A DNA stretch of 50,588 bases from contig CAYJWY010000002.1 in the NCBI GenBank assembly GCA_964374035.1, positions 1-50,588 on the forward strand, written 5' to 3'. The notes under the pieces are model-generated. The model saw nothing but the letters and a program-made list of their open reading frames with translations. It was not told the DNA's origin and made no database searches. Of the stretch, positions 6,816 through 16,902 are shown in pieces (within the stretch, counting starts at the first letter, position 1; every line of letters begins with the position of its first letter). The position numbers were made by a program, and so were the translations under genes. This DNA comes from an uncultured Gammaproteobacteria bacterium. Its GTDB lineage: Bacteria > Patescibacteriota > Patescibacteriia > UBA9934 > GWF2-40-263.

Positions 6816-8786
6816 GTGAAGCAAAAAAAAATACAAACCTACCTCCTCGGCCTTGCGACAATTTTTTTTGTGCTTTTGGTGAGTGCGTTTGAATACTTCG
6901 GTTTCTTCTCCGATCTCAATGTCGGACTCGAAGATCGTCTGTTGCATGAACGCGGTGTGAGCGATGACATCGTTATCGTTGCCATCGATAACAAGAGTAT
7001 TCAAGAAATCGGCGTGTGGCCATGGCCGCGAAGTGTTCATGCAAAGATCATTGATGCACTCAGCGCACAAAAAGCGCGAGTGATCGGATACGACGTCACG
7101 TTTTCTGAACGTAGCAATGAGCGCGATGACGCAGATCTTGTTCGAGCCATCAAGGACAGCAAACGCGTGACGCTTGCGGAGGAGGCAACGATTCGTTTGT
7201 CTGATTCTGCGATTCCAGAGGCAACCGAGTCTCTTCATGCATTGGCGGCATTTCGCGAAAACGCCACGTTTGGTGTCACGACACTTGTCACGGATACAGA
7301 TGGCGTGGTTCGACGAACACCGTTGAGTATTTTTGAAGACAACGAGCAGAGAGACACATTCGCCACACAGCTCGCAGGCGCGATTCAAAATGTCGACCCG
7401 CGCGCGTTTTTTGATGACGACATGACCTATCGCATCCCTTACGCGGGGAAACCTTACGCCTACAAAACTGTTTCTGCCATCGATCTGATCAACGGCTCCG
7501 TGCCGGAGGAAGTGATCAAAAATCGTATTGTGCTCGTGGGTGCTCTAGCTCCGGATCTCCAAGATCTTCATCTCACGCCGCTCAGCAATGGCGTCATGAT
7601 GCCCGGCATCGAGGTACAGGCGAACATCATCCAGGGCTTGCTCGATAACGTCCGTATTCAAGTCTTTCCGGCCTGGGCTCGTTTTCTTTTTTATCTCCTT
7701 CTGGCAGTCCTACTCTTTTTCGCCAGTGTGCGTCTACGACTTCGATTCGCCATCTTGTTCTCGATCTGTTTGTTTTTTCTCTATTTGATTGCGGCCGTGA
7801 TTTTGGCCTTGTTCAACATCCTTCCGCCGATCATCTATCCCATGATGATCATTTTTGGTGGCTCAACCATTGACCTGGGTTATCGCTATATCAGCGAGCG
7901 GCGCGAGCGGCGATCCATTCGTAGTGCGTTTGATCGCTATCTCGCGCCACAAGTCATTGACAACATCATTGCGGGAGAATACGAACTGCATCTTGGCGGG
8001 ATGAAAACCGAGCTCACGATTTTATTTAGCGACATTCGTTCGTTCACATCGCTCTCAGAAAAATTATCAGCGCAAGATCTCGTCTCACGGCTCAACGAAT
8101 ATCTCACGGCGATGACCGACACCGTGCTTGCGACGCAGGGCGTTGTTGATAAATATATCGGCGATGCTATTATGGCGTTTTGGGGGGCACCGATCAAACA
8201 AGAGGATCACGTGGTACGCGCGGCAACAACCGCGCTTGCGATGAAACAAACACTCGTTGAACTACACGAACGTTGGATGAAGAATGGAACACCGCTGTTT
8301 AACATCGGTATTGGGTTGAACACAGGCGAGGTCATCGTTGGTAACATGGGCTCGGAAAAGCGTTTCGATTACACCGCGATCGGCGATGATGTGAATCTCG
8401 CGTCGCGAACCGAAGGACTCACCAAGCACTACGGTGTCACCATTTTAATTACGGAAGCAACACAGAAGAGACTCGACGAGCGTTTTGTGACACGGTTTAT
8501 CGATCTGGTTGCCGTCAAGGGTCGTACACAACCGGTGAAGATGTTTGAGTTGTTTGGCTATCATGAAACGTTGACAGCGCGACACAAGGCATTCCTCGAA
8601 CAATTCGCGCGCGCGATCGATCTGTATCGTCTGCGAGAATGGGATAAGGCACACGCGATGTTTACGGCGTTATGGAAGGAATACGATGATCATCCATCAG
8701 CCCTTTATGCGGAACGCTGTGCTATGATGAACGTATATGGCCCAGGAGAAGATTGGAACGGCGTCTACGTCGCCCAAACAAAATAA
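6816..8786 (+). CDS. CHASE2 sensor-domain class III adenylate/guanylate cyclase
   Basis: GTG start. Periplasmic CHASE2-like N-terminus (VIVAIDNKSIQEIGVWPWPRSVHA), TM block, and cyclase motifs FSDIRSFT, KYIGDAIMAFWGAP, GLNTGEVIVGNMGS and YTAIGDDVNLASRTE. Confidence 0.88.
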   Translation: MKQKKIQTYLLGLATIFFVLLVSAFEYFGFFSDLNVGLEDRLLHERGVSDDIVIVAIDNKSIQEIGVWPWPRSVHAKIIDALSAQKARVIGYDVTFSERSNERDDADLVRAIKDSKRVTLAEEATIRLSDSAIPEATESLHALAAFRENATFGVTTLVTDTDGVVRRTPLSIFEDNEQRDTFATQLAGAIQNVDPRAFFDDDMTYRIPYAGKPYAYKTVSAIDLINGSVPEEVIKNRIVLVGALAPDLQDLHLTPLSNGVMMPGIEVQANIIQGLLDNVRIQVFPAWARFLFYLLLAVLLFFASVRLRLRFAILFSICLFFLYLIAAVILALFNILPPIIYPMMIIFGGSTIDLGYRYISERRERRSIRSAFDRYLAPQVIDNIIAGEYELHLGGMKTELTILFSDIRSFTSLSEKLSAQDLVSRLNEYLTAMTDTVLATQGVVDKYIGDAIMAFWGAPIKQEDHVVRAATTALAMKQTLVELHERWMKNGTPLFNIGIGLNTGEVIVGNMGSEKRFDYTAIGDDVNLASRTEGLTKHYGVTILITEATQKRLDERFVTRFIDLVAVKGRTQPVKMFELFGYHETLTARHKAFLEQFARAIDLYRLREWDKAHAMFTALWKEYDDHPSALYAERCAMMNVYGPGEDWNGVYVAQTK

Positions 8787-8795
8787 GTTGATTCT

Positions 8796-11300
8796 ATGCA
8801 ACCCAGCTTCGTACCTTTTTCTCTTGCGTCCGTTCGTGAGCTCGAGGAACAATTTTCAACAAGCAACATCAACGGCCTGTCTGAAGCACAACGAAGGCAT
8901 CAGCTGACGTTGTTTGGTCGAAATATTTTGAGTCATGGCAAGGAAACCGTTTGGACACTTCTTGCACGCCAGTTTCGTTCCGTATTCGTCTGGCTCTTGT
9001 TCTTTGCCGCCGGCCTCTCATTTTTTCTTGGTGAGCACATTGATGCGATGCTTATCGTTGTGTTTATTTTGTTTGGTGTTGTGCTTTCATTTTACCAAGA
9101 ATACAAATCAGAAAACATTCTTCAAGCCTTGAAGAAGTATTTTGTTTCGCGTGCAACCGTGATACGAGATGGAAAGCAAGAACAGATCATGAGCACAGAA
9201 CTCGTGCCTGGCGATGTTGTGATTGTTGAGCCTGGCGACATCATTCCTGCTGATGTACGATTTATTGAAGCAATCAATCTTTCCGTTGACGAGGGTCTTC
9301 TTACAGGTGAATCGCGAGCCGTGGAGAAAAGGGCCGACCTGATGGCGAGAGCGCCAACCAGCTTATTTGAAGCGAGGAACATTGGATTCTCCGCAACACA
9401 TGTCATCAGCGGGATGGGGAGAGGTATTGTTATCGCCACAGGTTCATCAACAGCCGCTGGTTCGACGGCGAAACTCGCCACAGATACAAAACATGTCAGC
9501 GGCTTTGAGGCATCCATGAATCAGTTTAGCGTATTCATGTTACGTCTTGTTGTTGGAACATTGTTTGTGCTTTTTGTCCTACATTATCTTATCAAGGGGC
9601 CAGATGTGCAGATCGGTGAGCTCCTCATTTTTTTTGTTGCTCTCGCTGTATCGGTTGTTCCAGAGGCATTGCCCGTTGTCTTTACGTTTGCTCTATCAAG
9701 TGGTGCCGCGCATTTGGCAAAACGCAAAGTCGTTGTCAAACGCCTCACCTCGATCGAAGATCTTGGCAGTATTGATATTCTGTGTACTGACAAGACAGGG
9801 ACGATTACGCAAGGTGTGATGTCGCTTGCCGCGATCAGTGCTGGCGATGGAGAAACGCTTGCTATAGCGCGACTCGGGATTCCCGATCTTGAATCAGTTT
9901 CCAATCCCTTCGATCATGCCCTGATCAACTCGACACAAAAAGTAACGAAACTCAAGGAGACCTACACTTCCACCAAGCACATCGGGTTTGATCCGAAGTT
10001 ACGGTTTGACTCGACCCTCCTTGAAGGGAAATCTTCGTGTGTTATTTTTCGTGGCGCTCCTGAGGCTGTCATCATGCGTTGCAAGGTTGATTCAGCCAAG
10101 CGTAGAGAAATCCTTTCTTGGATCGAACAGGAAGGACGATTCGGTCGAAGAGTTTTGGGTATTGCGCAACGTGTTCTTGAGGACGTTACCGAACATTGGT
10201 CGGAAACGAGCGAGTGTACATTTGTTGGCATGCTTTCGTTTGAAGATCCACTGAAGCCCACATCCATCAAGGCTCTTGAGAAGGCACGATCCCTCGGCAT
10301 TCAGATAAAAATTTTGACGGGTGATCGGGCCGAAGTAGCGGGAGCCATTGCGCAACAGCTTTCGCTTATTACAAACCCAGACGACGTCATCACCGGTGAC
10401 ACATTATTCGCACTTGCTGAGGGTGAACAGCTTGCCGCGGTCAAGAAGTATGATGTTTTTGCTCGCGTGAGCCCAGAAAATAAGCTCATGATCATTCGTC
10501 TTTTGAAACAACACGCGCGTGTTGGATTTTTGGGTGAGGGGATTAACGATGCGCCAGCACTCAAGGAGGCGCAGGTCGGCATTGTTGTCCAAAATGCCTC
10601 GGACGTGGCGCGTGAGTCTGCGGATATTGTCTTGCTTGAAAAGAATCTGCTCGTCATTTTGGAGGGCGTCGCACATGGTCGCAAGGTTTCTGCAAATGTT
10701 CTTAAGTATATTAAAACAACACTCGCTTCAAACTTCGGGAATTTTTATTCCGTGGCGATCGCTTCATTGTTTATCCCCTATCTGCCGATGTTGTCGATTC
10801 AAATCTTACTCGTCAATCTTCTTTCCGATTTTCCGATGATCGCGATTGCGGGCGATGCCGTTGAAGAGGATGAACTCACCAAGCCAAAAGGGATGGATAT
10901 GCATGAGATGGGCTTTGTCACGACTTTTTTTGGTGTGGTGAGTTCTGTCTTTGATTTTCTCTTGTTTGCGGCGTTTGTTCCCCTTGGAGCCGCGCTTTTA
11001 CAAACCGCGTGGTTTGTTCAAAGTATTCTAACAGAGCTTCTCGCAATCTTTTCTCTACGCACACGTCGATGGTTTTTCCTCGCGCGTGCGCCGGGAAAAA
11101 TGCTTTCGGTCTTAGTTGTCGGAGCCATGGTGACCACGCTGGCGCTTCCATCCTTTGAGGTCACACGCAAGCTATTCAGTTTCGCCGTGCTCTCAACAAA
11201 GCATTACTTCATCATTGGAGGCATCCTGCTTGGATACTTCGTGGCAACGGAATTCACCAAACATCTGTACTATCGCTCTATTGAGACACAAAAAAATTAA
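8796..11300 (+). CDS. Cation-transporting P-type ATPase (Ca2+/Mg2+-type, P2/P3-like)
   Basis: TGES, phosphorylation site CTDKTGTITQG, TGDRAEVA, hinge GEGINDAPALKEA, and multiple TM segments. Confidence 0.9.
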   Translation: MQPSFVPFSLASVRELEEQFSTSNINGLSEAQRRHQLTLFGRNILSHGKETVWTLLARQFRSVFVWLLFFAAGLSFFLGEHIDAMLIVVFILFGVVLSFYQEYKSENILQALKKYFVSRATVIRDGKQEQIMSTELVPGDVVIVEPGDIIPADVRFIEAINLSVDEGLLTGESRAVEKRADLMARAPTSLFEARNIGFSATHVISGMGRGIVIATGSSTAAGSTAKLATDTKHVSGFEASMNQFSVFMLRLVVGTLFVLFVLHYLIKGPDVQIGELLIFFVALAVSVVPEALPVVFTFALSSGAAHLAKRKVVVKRLTSIEDLGSIDILCTDKTGTITQGVMSLAAISAGDGETLAIARLGIPDLESVSNPFDHALINSTQKVTKLKETYTSTKHIGFDPKLRFDSTLLEGKSSCVIFRGAPEAVIMRCKVDSAKRREILSWIEQEGRFGRRVLGIAQRVLEDVTEHWSETSECTFVGMLSFEDPLKPTSIKALEKARSLGIQIKILTGDRAEVAGAIAQQLSLITNPDDVITGDTLFALAEGEQLAAVKKYDVFARVSPENKLMIIRLLKQHARVGFLGEGINDAPALKEAQVGIVVQNASDVARESADIVLLEKNLLVILEGVAHGRKVSANVLKYIKTTLASNFGNFYSVAIASLFIPYLPMLSIQILLVNLLSDFPMIAIAGDAVEEDELTKPKGMDMHEMGFVTTFFGVVSSVFDFLLFAAFVPLGAALLQTAWFVQSILTELLAIFSLRTRRWFFLARAPGKMLSVLVVGAMVTTLALPSFEVTRKLFSFAVLSTKHYFIIGGILLGYFVATEFTKHLYYRSIETQKN

Positions 11301-11357
11301 AACAGTGTTTTCATTATTCAACCCTATCGTTGTCATGCACATGCATTTCTTCACCTT

Positions 11358-11666
11358 ATGAAATCGAAATCAACAGTCAAAGATTTTTTCCAGTTTCTTA
11401 CCGAGTACAATATCGTACAGCTTGCGGTTGCCTTTGTGATGGGAGCGGCGGCAGATACGCTCATTAAGTCCATCGTGAACAATCTCGTGATGCCCTTGAT
11501 TCAACCTTTGTTTATTGCGGGTCGATGGCAAGACGCTGTCTGGAATATTGGACCGTTTGCGTTTGGTCTTGGACCATTCTTTGCTGACGCTCTGCGATTC
11601 ATCACACTCGCATTTGTTGTCTTCTTTGTGGTCAAGCGTGTGATCAGAATTGAAAAGAAGCCGTGA
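11358..11666 (+). CDS. mscL: Large-conductance mechanosensitive channel
   Basis: FFQFLTEYNIVQLAVAFVMGAAADTLIKSIVNNLVMPLI plus a second TM helix. It is short at 102 aa. Confidence 0.8.
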   Translation: MKSKSTVKDFFQFLTEYNIVQLAVAFVMGAAADTLIKSIVNNLVMPLIQPLFIAGRWQDAVWNIGPFAFGLGPFFADALRFITLAFVVFFVVKRVIRIEKKP

Positions 11667-11691
11667 AAAAAAAGAGAACGGTTGTTCCGTT
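11666..11691 (-). terminator. Rho-independent terminator for the rlmN/rluB-like operon
   Basis: The minus strand reads stem AACGG, loop AACAA, stem CCGTT, then T8. Confidence 0.55.
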
Positions 11692-11694
11692 GTC

Positions 11695-12519
11695 TTATTC
11701 GTTGCGTGCACGTGCGAGTCGAATGAGTTCTGTGACTTCTTTTCTGGAAAGTGTGCGTGTCTTTCCAGGCGGAAGATTGTCGAGCGTGATATTTAAGACG
11801 CGCACACGCTTGAGCGATTTCACGCTGTAGCCAAGCTGTTCGCACATGCGACGAATTTGTCGGTTGCGTCCCTCGGTCAAGATGATGCGAAACGCGTGTG
11901 GACCCATGCGTTTGGTTACGGCGCGTTTTGTCATCGAGCCGAGAATCATCATCCCGCTCTCCATCGTTCGCAAATCCTGATTCTCGAGTTCTTGCTCGAC
12001 GGTCACGATGTATTCCTTCTCGTGGTGACCTCGTGGATGTGTAATGGCTTCCGAAAGATTTCCGTCGTTTGTGAGAATGAGCAGTCCACTGGATGCGACG
12101 TCTAGACGACCGATCGGGAAGAGGCGTTCTTGAAGATTGAGAAACGTTGCGATCGTATCACGGCCGTTTGGATCGACGGAGGTTAGGATGCCCACAGGTT
12201 TGTGGAAGGCGAGATACTGCAAGGCTGGTCGATGCGCAATCATGCGTTGTCCATCCACGACGATATCTTCCTCACCGGAAACGACCATGCCCTTTTCGGC
12301 CCTGCGGCCATCGACACGAACCAAACCCTCGTCGATCAGACGATCGGCTTGTCGACGCGAACATACGCCGCGTTCCGCGAGGTATTTGTTGATTCGGACC
12401 AGATGACTGCCAGAATTTGCCCGCCCCTCGAAGCCTTGGCGAGGTGGGGTCGAAGGTTGCGCTTGAAATGCCGCCTTGTCGAGCTCAGGGTGTTGTTGTC
12501 TTCGCATAAAGTTGTCCAC
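11695..12519 (-). CDS. RsuA/RluB/RluF-family pseudouridine synthase with S4 domain
   Basis: S4 domain RINKYLAERGVCSRRQADRLIDEGLVRVDG. Catalytic motif GRLDVASSGLLILTNDG. Confidence 0.88.
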   Translation of the reverse strand: MDNFMRRQQHPELDKAAFQAQPSTPPRQGFEGRANSGSHLVRINKYLAERGVCSRRQADRLIDEGLVRVDGRRAEKGMVVSGEEDIVVDGQRMIAHRPALQYLAFHKPVGILTSVDPNGRDTIATFLNLQERLFPIGRLDVASSGLLILTNDGNLSEAITHPRGHHEKEYIVTVEQELENQDLRTMESGMMILGSMTKRAVTKRMGPHAFRIILTEGRNRQIRRMCEQLGYSVKSLKRVRVLNITLDNLPPGKTRTLSRKEVTELIRLARARNE

Positions 12520-13531
12520 ACGCCGCGGCGATATCTTCTCCCATGGTACGACGTTTGGTCACGGTCACACCAGATGCATCCAAATCATTGAAAAAGTCGC
12601 TCATACCCTTGGAGGTCGACGTGAAAAATTCACCGCCTGTGAAGTTATACGGTATGAGATTAACACGAATGTTGCCGATCTTGTGAATGAGGTTTGCAAG
12701 CAAGTTCGCGTGATGGGCTGTGTCGTTGATGTCTTTTAACATGACGTATTCAAACGTGAGGTGATGTCGACGATTACCGAAGCGTTCAAGATAGCGTCGC
12801 GACCAGTCCGTGAGTTTGGGTAGGAAGTCGTCGTAAGACGTCGGGACAATTTCCTTTCGTGTTTTTGGATCAGCGCTGTGCAAGGACACGGCAAGACGCA
12901 CATGCGGCCAAAGTGGGTCATTGAGCAACATCTCGAGGCGCGGGAGAATACCGACGGTTGAAACCGTGATACGTGTGCGACCGAGATCTGTGTGTTCGAG
13001 AATCGTTCGAATCGACTCGCGTACATTCTCGTAGTTTGCCATTGGCTCGCCCATGCCCATGAAGACGATGTTTGTGATGCGCTCAGGAAGTTCCGGATGC
13101 TTCTTCAAGTACGCGACCCAGTAGCGATATTGGTCGACGATTTCGTCTGCAAGCAGGTTACGCGTGAGGCCCATCGTTCCGGTTGCGCAAAACGTACAAC
13201 GCATGGCGCACCCAACTTGTGACGATACGCAGATGGTCCACCAGCCGCGTGGATTAAGCATGAGCACAGTCTCGATGTTGTTTCCACCATCGACTTCGAG
13301 CAGAGCTTTGACCGTGTCCTTCTTTAAACTTTGTTGAACGAGTGTCTCTTTCACCGACATCCATGGAATCGTTTTTTTGAGTTCGTCGCGCATCGCTTTG
13401 GCAAACACACTTGCATCGTTCCATCCATGAAACGTCGGCTGAAACAAAACATCGACGAATTGTTTTCGTCGAAAGGTTTCTGCATTGGGAAAGCGCTCGT
13501 TGAATTGTTCGATGCGTGATCGAGGTAACAT
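12485..13531 (-). CDS. rlmN: Radical-SAM 23S rRNA/tRNA adenine-C2 methyltransferase
   Basis: CAMRCTFCATG radical-SAM cluster motif, FMGMGEP, and the conserved C-terminal AACGQL. It overlaps the downstream gene by 35 nt. Confidence 0.9.
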   Translation of the reverse strand: MLPRSRIEQFNERFPNAETFRRKQFVDVLFQPTFHGWNDASVFAKAMRDELKKTIPWMSVKETLVQQSLKKDTVKALLEVDGGNNIETVLMLNPRGWWTICVSSQVGCAMRCTFCATGTMGLTRNLLADEIVDQYRYWVAYLKKHPELPERITNIVFMGMGEPMANYENVRESIRTILEHTDLGRTRITVSTVGILPRLEMLLNDPLWPHVRLAVSLHSADPKTRKEIVPTSYDDFLPKLTDWSRRYLERFGNRRHHLTFEYVMLKDINDTAHHANLLANLIHKIGNIRVNLIPYNFTGGEFFTSTSKGMSDFFNDLDASGVTVTKRRTMGEDIAAACGQLYAKTTTP

Positions 13532-13582
13532 AAGCGTCTCATTATTGACTTTTTTTGAGATTGCGTCAAGCTGGGGGTATCT

Positions 13583-14293
13583 ATGACTATAAAAAAATTT
13601 TCCGCTGTTTTGCTTGCTCTTTCCTTTGTGATCACTCCGATGAGTGCGGTGTTTGCGCGCACAACAACGACCACGTATCTACCAGCCTTGAGTCAGTGGA
13701 CACGTTCTGGAAGTACGTCGGTGGGATCTGAGTCCGTCACGCTCACGGGCGGTTCACAGGGTTGGGTCTTCGTTGATATCGACGCACGTCGGGTCAACGG
13801 ATCGTATCTTGCGGTTGCGGCGTTTGCCAATAAGTCCGATACGCGTTCTTGGAACTCGTCGCAAAATCGTAGCTCTGGTAATCCGTATCTCTATGCCTAC
13901 TTGATGGACGCAAATAAACGCATCAAGAAGTACATCACCGCGGACACAACCACTTCCAGTTCTCGAAACGACAGCGACCGCGTTGTCTACGGAATTTTTC
14001 CCATCGAATCCGACACGTCGACCATTCGTGTGTTCTTGATGCAATCGAGTATGAAGGACGTAAGCAACTACGGCGCGAATGTAACGTTTACGAACCCTGT
14101 TTTGCTTTCAGCCTCCACGAACGCGTCCGTACAGACCTTGGTCAATGCCTACGCGCAAGGTACGCTTGATCTCACGCAAACAAACACACCTTCGTCTTCA
14201 GCGTCGTTGACTTCCACCTCAACAACAACGTCCAGCACGGATAGACACAGCCATTCACGAATTCAACGTCATTACCGATCCGGTCATCGGTAG
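13583..14293 (+). CDS. Hypothetical secreted protein with Ser/Thr-rich C-terminus
   Basis: Signal peptide MTIKKFSAVLLALSFVITPMSAVFA. I recognise no catalytic motif. Confidence 0.6.
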   Translation: MTIKKFSAVLLALSFVITPMSAVFARTTTTTYLPALSQWTRSGSTSVGSESVTLTGGSQGWVFVDIDARRVNGSYLAVAAFANKSDTRSWNSSQNRSSGNPYLYAYLMDANKRIKKYITADTTTSSSRNDSDRVVYGIFPIESDTSTIRVFLMQSSMKDVSNYGANVTFTNPVLLSASTNASVQTLVNAYAQGTLDLTQTNTPSSSASLTSTSTTTSSTDRHSHSRIQRHYRSGHR

Positions 14294-14355
14294 TTTGTCT
14301 AGAAGTTCGAGGCTTTGCACTTTATGCTAGGCCTGGGCTAGGCCTTCAGCATGTC

Positions 14356-14394
14356 AAAAAAAAACCGATCATCCCTTATGGGCGATCGGTTTTT
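14356..14394. terminator. Bidirectional terminator hairpin between convergent genes
   Basis: A9, stem ACCGATC (14364-14370), 13-nt loop, stem GATCGGT (14384-14390), T5. The DEAD-box ORF stop (14376-14378) lies in the loop. Confidence 0.65.
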
Positions 14395-15704
14395 CGATAA
14401 CCGCTTCTTGGCGGTCGGCTGTTTCTGTTGTGACGTGGACGATTCGGATCCGCGTGTCGGCTTGGCGGGGTGTTGCGTCGTTGGGGCGCTCGAGATCCAC
14501 CACCGCCTCCACCTCGAGGACCGCGCTCGCGTTCAACCTCACGCTCCTGCGCAAGGAACTTGCCTCGTGACTCGCTGAGATTTCCATCGGCCTTACTGAC
14601 CTTCAGTGTCTTTCGAATCAATCGTTCGATCTGCATGATATCACGCTTCTGCTCTGGTGATGCAAACGAGATGGCCTTTCCCGTACTCCCCGCACGACCT
14701 GTTCGTCCAATGCGGTGCACGTAATCTTCTGTGTGATCAGGTAAATCGTAGTTCACGACGAGTTCGATATTTTTCACATCGATACCACGCGCCGCGATGT
14801 CGGTTGCCACCAGCACGCGATAACGTCCGTTCGTGAATCCTTTGAGCGCATCTTGTCGTTGCGCTTGTGATCGGTTTGAGTGAATCTCAGCGACACCGTG
14901 GTTCATCGATTTGATCGAGCGCGCGAGTTTCTTTGCTCCGTGTTTCGTGCGCGTAAAGACGAGCACCGTTCCCTTGTACTGTGTGAGAATGCGTTCAAGC
15001 AATGCCGTCTTGTCCGGCTTTGGTACGATGAAAACTTCTTGGTCAACTTGTTCAGCCGCGGTTCCTGCCGGGGCGACCTCGACACGAAGCGGTTTTCTCA
15101 TGTACGTCTTGGCGATATTTGCAATCTCCGAGGGCATCGTTGCCGAGAACAACATCGTTTGTCGTTCATGAGGCATGGCCGCAAGAATTTTCTTGAGCTG
15201 TGGAGCAAATCCCATGTCGAGCATGCGATCGGCTTCATCAAGCACGAGAACACCCACGTTGGTGAGCGATGTATTACGCTGTTCCATGTGATCAATTAAG
15301 CGTCCTGGTGTTGCCACGATGATGTGTGGCTTTGCTTTCAGTTGTCGAATTTGCGGGCCCATCGCCATGCCGCCGATGAGAATTGCAGAACGCAGTCCTA
15401 GTGGACCAGCAAGTTTTCGCAATGTTTCTTCAACCTGCACGGCGAGTTCGCGTGTTGGTAAAAGAATCAGTCCCATCTTTTTGCGCGCTGACAACTGTTG
15501 CAACATCGGAATGGAAAACGCGAGTGTCTTTCCGGTTCCGGTTTGCGCAATACCGATCAAATCCTCGCCGCCGATGGCGATGGGAATTGCTTTGAATTGG
15601 ATAGGTGTGGGATGTTTAAATCCCAGTTGATCTAATCGTTGAAGGAGATTTGGTGCAATCCCCATGCCGTAAAATTGTTTTTGTTCCAGTTCATCTCTTG
15701 ACAT
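14376..15704 (-). CDS. DEAD-box ATP-dependent RNA helicase (RhlE-like) with Arg/Gly/Pro-rich basic tail
   Basis: Q-motif region, AQTGTGKT, PTRELA, DEAD (VLDEADRMLDMGF), SAT, HRIGRTGRAG. Confidence 0.92.
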   Translation of the reverse strand: MSRDELEQKQFYGMGIAPNLLQRLDQLGFKHPTPIQFKAIPIAIGGEDLIGIAQTGTGKTLAFSIPMLQQLSARKKMGLILLPTRELAVQVEETLRKLAGPLGLRSAILIGGMAMGPQIRQLKAKPHIIVATPGRLIDHMEQRNTSLTNVGVLVLDEADRMLDMGFAPQLKKILAAMPHERQTMLFSATMPSEIANIAKTYMRKPLRVEVAPAGTAAEQVDQEVFIVPKPDKTALLERILTQYKGTVLVFTRTKHGAKKLARSIKSMNHGVAEIHSNRSQAQRQDALKGFTNGRYRVLVATDIAARGIDVKNIELVVNYDLPDHTEDYVHRIGRTGRAGSTGKAISFASPEQKRDIMQIERLIRKTLKVSKADGNLSESRGKFLAQEREVERERGPRGGGGGGSRAPQRRNTPPSRHADPNRPRHNRNSRPPRSGYRKTDRP

Positions 15705-15753
15705 AGATGTTTACACTATCAAAAAACCAGCCAAAAAGCAATGGCTGGCCGTG

Positions 15754-16134
15754 TTAGTCTTGCGCATCGTGGCTATTGTCCCACGCACTGCGAGGATGAA
15801 GCGCTTGATTTTTGATCGCATCATCGAGAAACCTCTCTTGACGAAATGCGTCGATGATCCGATCGGCTTGATCGTTCAAGAGTGCACTGTCTGGCGTGTG
15901 TTGTGCAGACAGTTTACCTTTGAGCGCTCTTCTGCGATTGAGCTCACCCAGAACCTTGTAGTAGGCAGATCGTCTATCAGGCTCAGCGAGATGATTGACC
16001 GCCATCCAAATAGCCGACGTGAACTTGTACTTATCAGGACCCTTCATGAATCGCATTGCTTCATCCGCCCAATGGACGACTGCGCGGTCGATTCTTGGAG
16101 CGAAGTCAGGTGATTGGCGCATGCTCTCTCCCAT
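15754..16134 (-). CDS. Hypothetical protein
   Basis: 126-aa ORF with no recognised motif. The opposite-strand ORF 15751-16113 is probably its shadow, so the strand choice is uncertain. Confidence 0.35.
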   Translation of the reverse strand: MGESMRQSPDFAPRIDRAVVHWADEAMRFMKGPDKYKFTSAIWMAVNHLAEPDRRSAYYKVLGELNRRRALKGKLSAQHTPDSALLNDQADRIIDAFRQERFLDDAIKNQALHPRSAWDNSHDAQD

Positions 16135-16248
16135 ACGTTCAATGTTACGTGGGTATGATAGGCGCTTTTTTTGAAAAGAGCAATTCCGATTCCGAGGATT
16201 TCTGACACTTCACAGAACGCTGAAGCACATGATACAATCACCAAACTT

Positions 16249-16848
16249 ATGAAATCCAGATTACCCGTGATCACGTTTGTCTTGATTTTGATTGCAACAG
16301 CACTCGCCGTATTTGGATATGTTCGCAATGCTTCGAAGGACCAGGATAACACGGGGGAAATCAACCGTGAGGCCATCCTCTCAGACGCTCGAAAAAGCGG
16401 GCTCATCATGGACGAAACGGAGATTGCCCGAATGGAAAATGCTGTTGTGGAAAAACCTGCAAGTGCGAAATTCATCACGGACGTGAGTCCCTACAAGGAT
16501 CTCACGTTTAATGAATGGCGTTCCGGTGCGCTCGCGGATGTGACGGGCGGAGGCAGTTTCGGACTTGCCCATTCGCGGTTTGCAAATGGCACGTACACAC
16601 TGGTCTCAATAATGGGAGGGCTCTTACCTGTGAGCGATAACGCCTTTTATGAGGGTTGGCTTGTTAAAAGAGGTGACACGCCGCGCATGATAAGCATTGG
16701 ACCAGTTGTTACACTCGACGAACGTGCTTTTTCCATTTTGACAGCCAATGAAGATTTGACCTCATTCGATTTTTTTGTTCTGACCCTTGAAACAAACGAC
16801 GCAAATCCGAAGCCGGGAAAACATATTCTCGAGGGAACGCTTCAGTAG
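16249..16848 (+). CDS. Membrane-anchored protein with an anti-sigma-K (RskA) C-terminal-like domain
   Basis: The ATG at 16249 gives MKSRLPVITFVLILIATALAVFG (TM anchor). The C-terminus FYEGWLVKRGD...FFVLTLETNDANPKPGKHILEG resembles the RskA extracytoplasmic domain. The track ORF starts at a TTG at 16171. A TGATACAAT extended -10 lies at 16230-16238. Confidence 0.5.
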   Translation: MKSRLPVITFVLILIATALAVFGYVRNASKDQDNTGEINREAILSDARKSGLIMDETEIARMENAVVEKPASAKFITDVSPYKDLTFNEWRSGALADVTGGGSFGLAHSRFANGTYTLVSIMGGLLPVSDNAFYEGWLVKRGDTPRMISIGPVVTLDERAFSILTANEDLTSFDFFVLTLETNDANPKPGKHILEGTLQ

Positions 16849-16902
16849 ATTCCCAGCCGCAGATTTTTTGTTTGCGTATTCTTTGATACACTTGTTTGCG
16901 TT

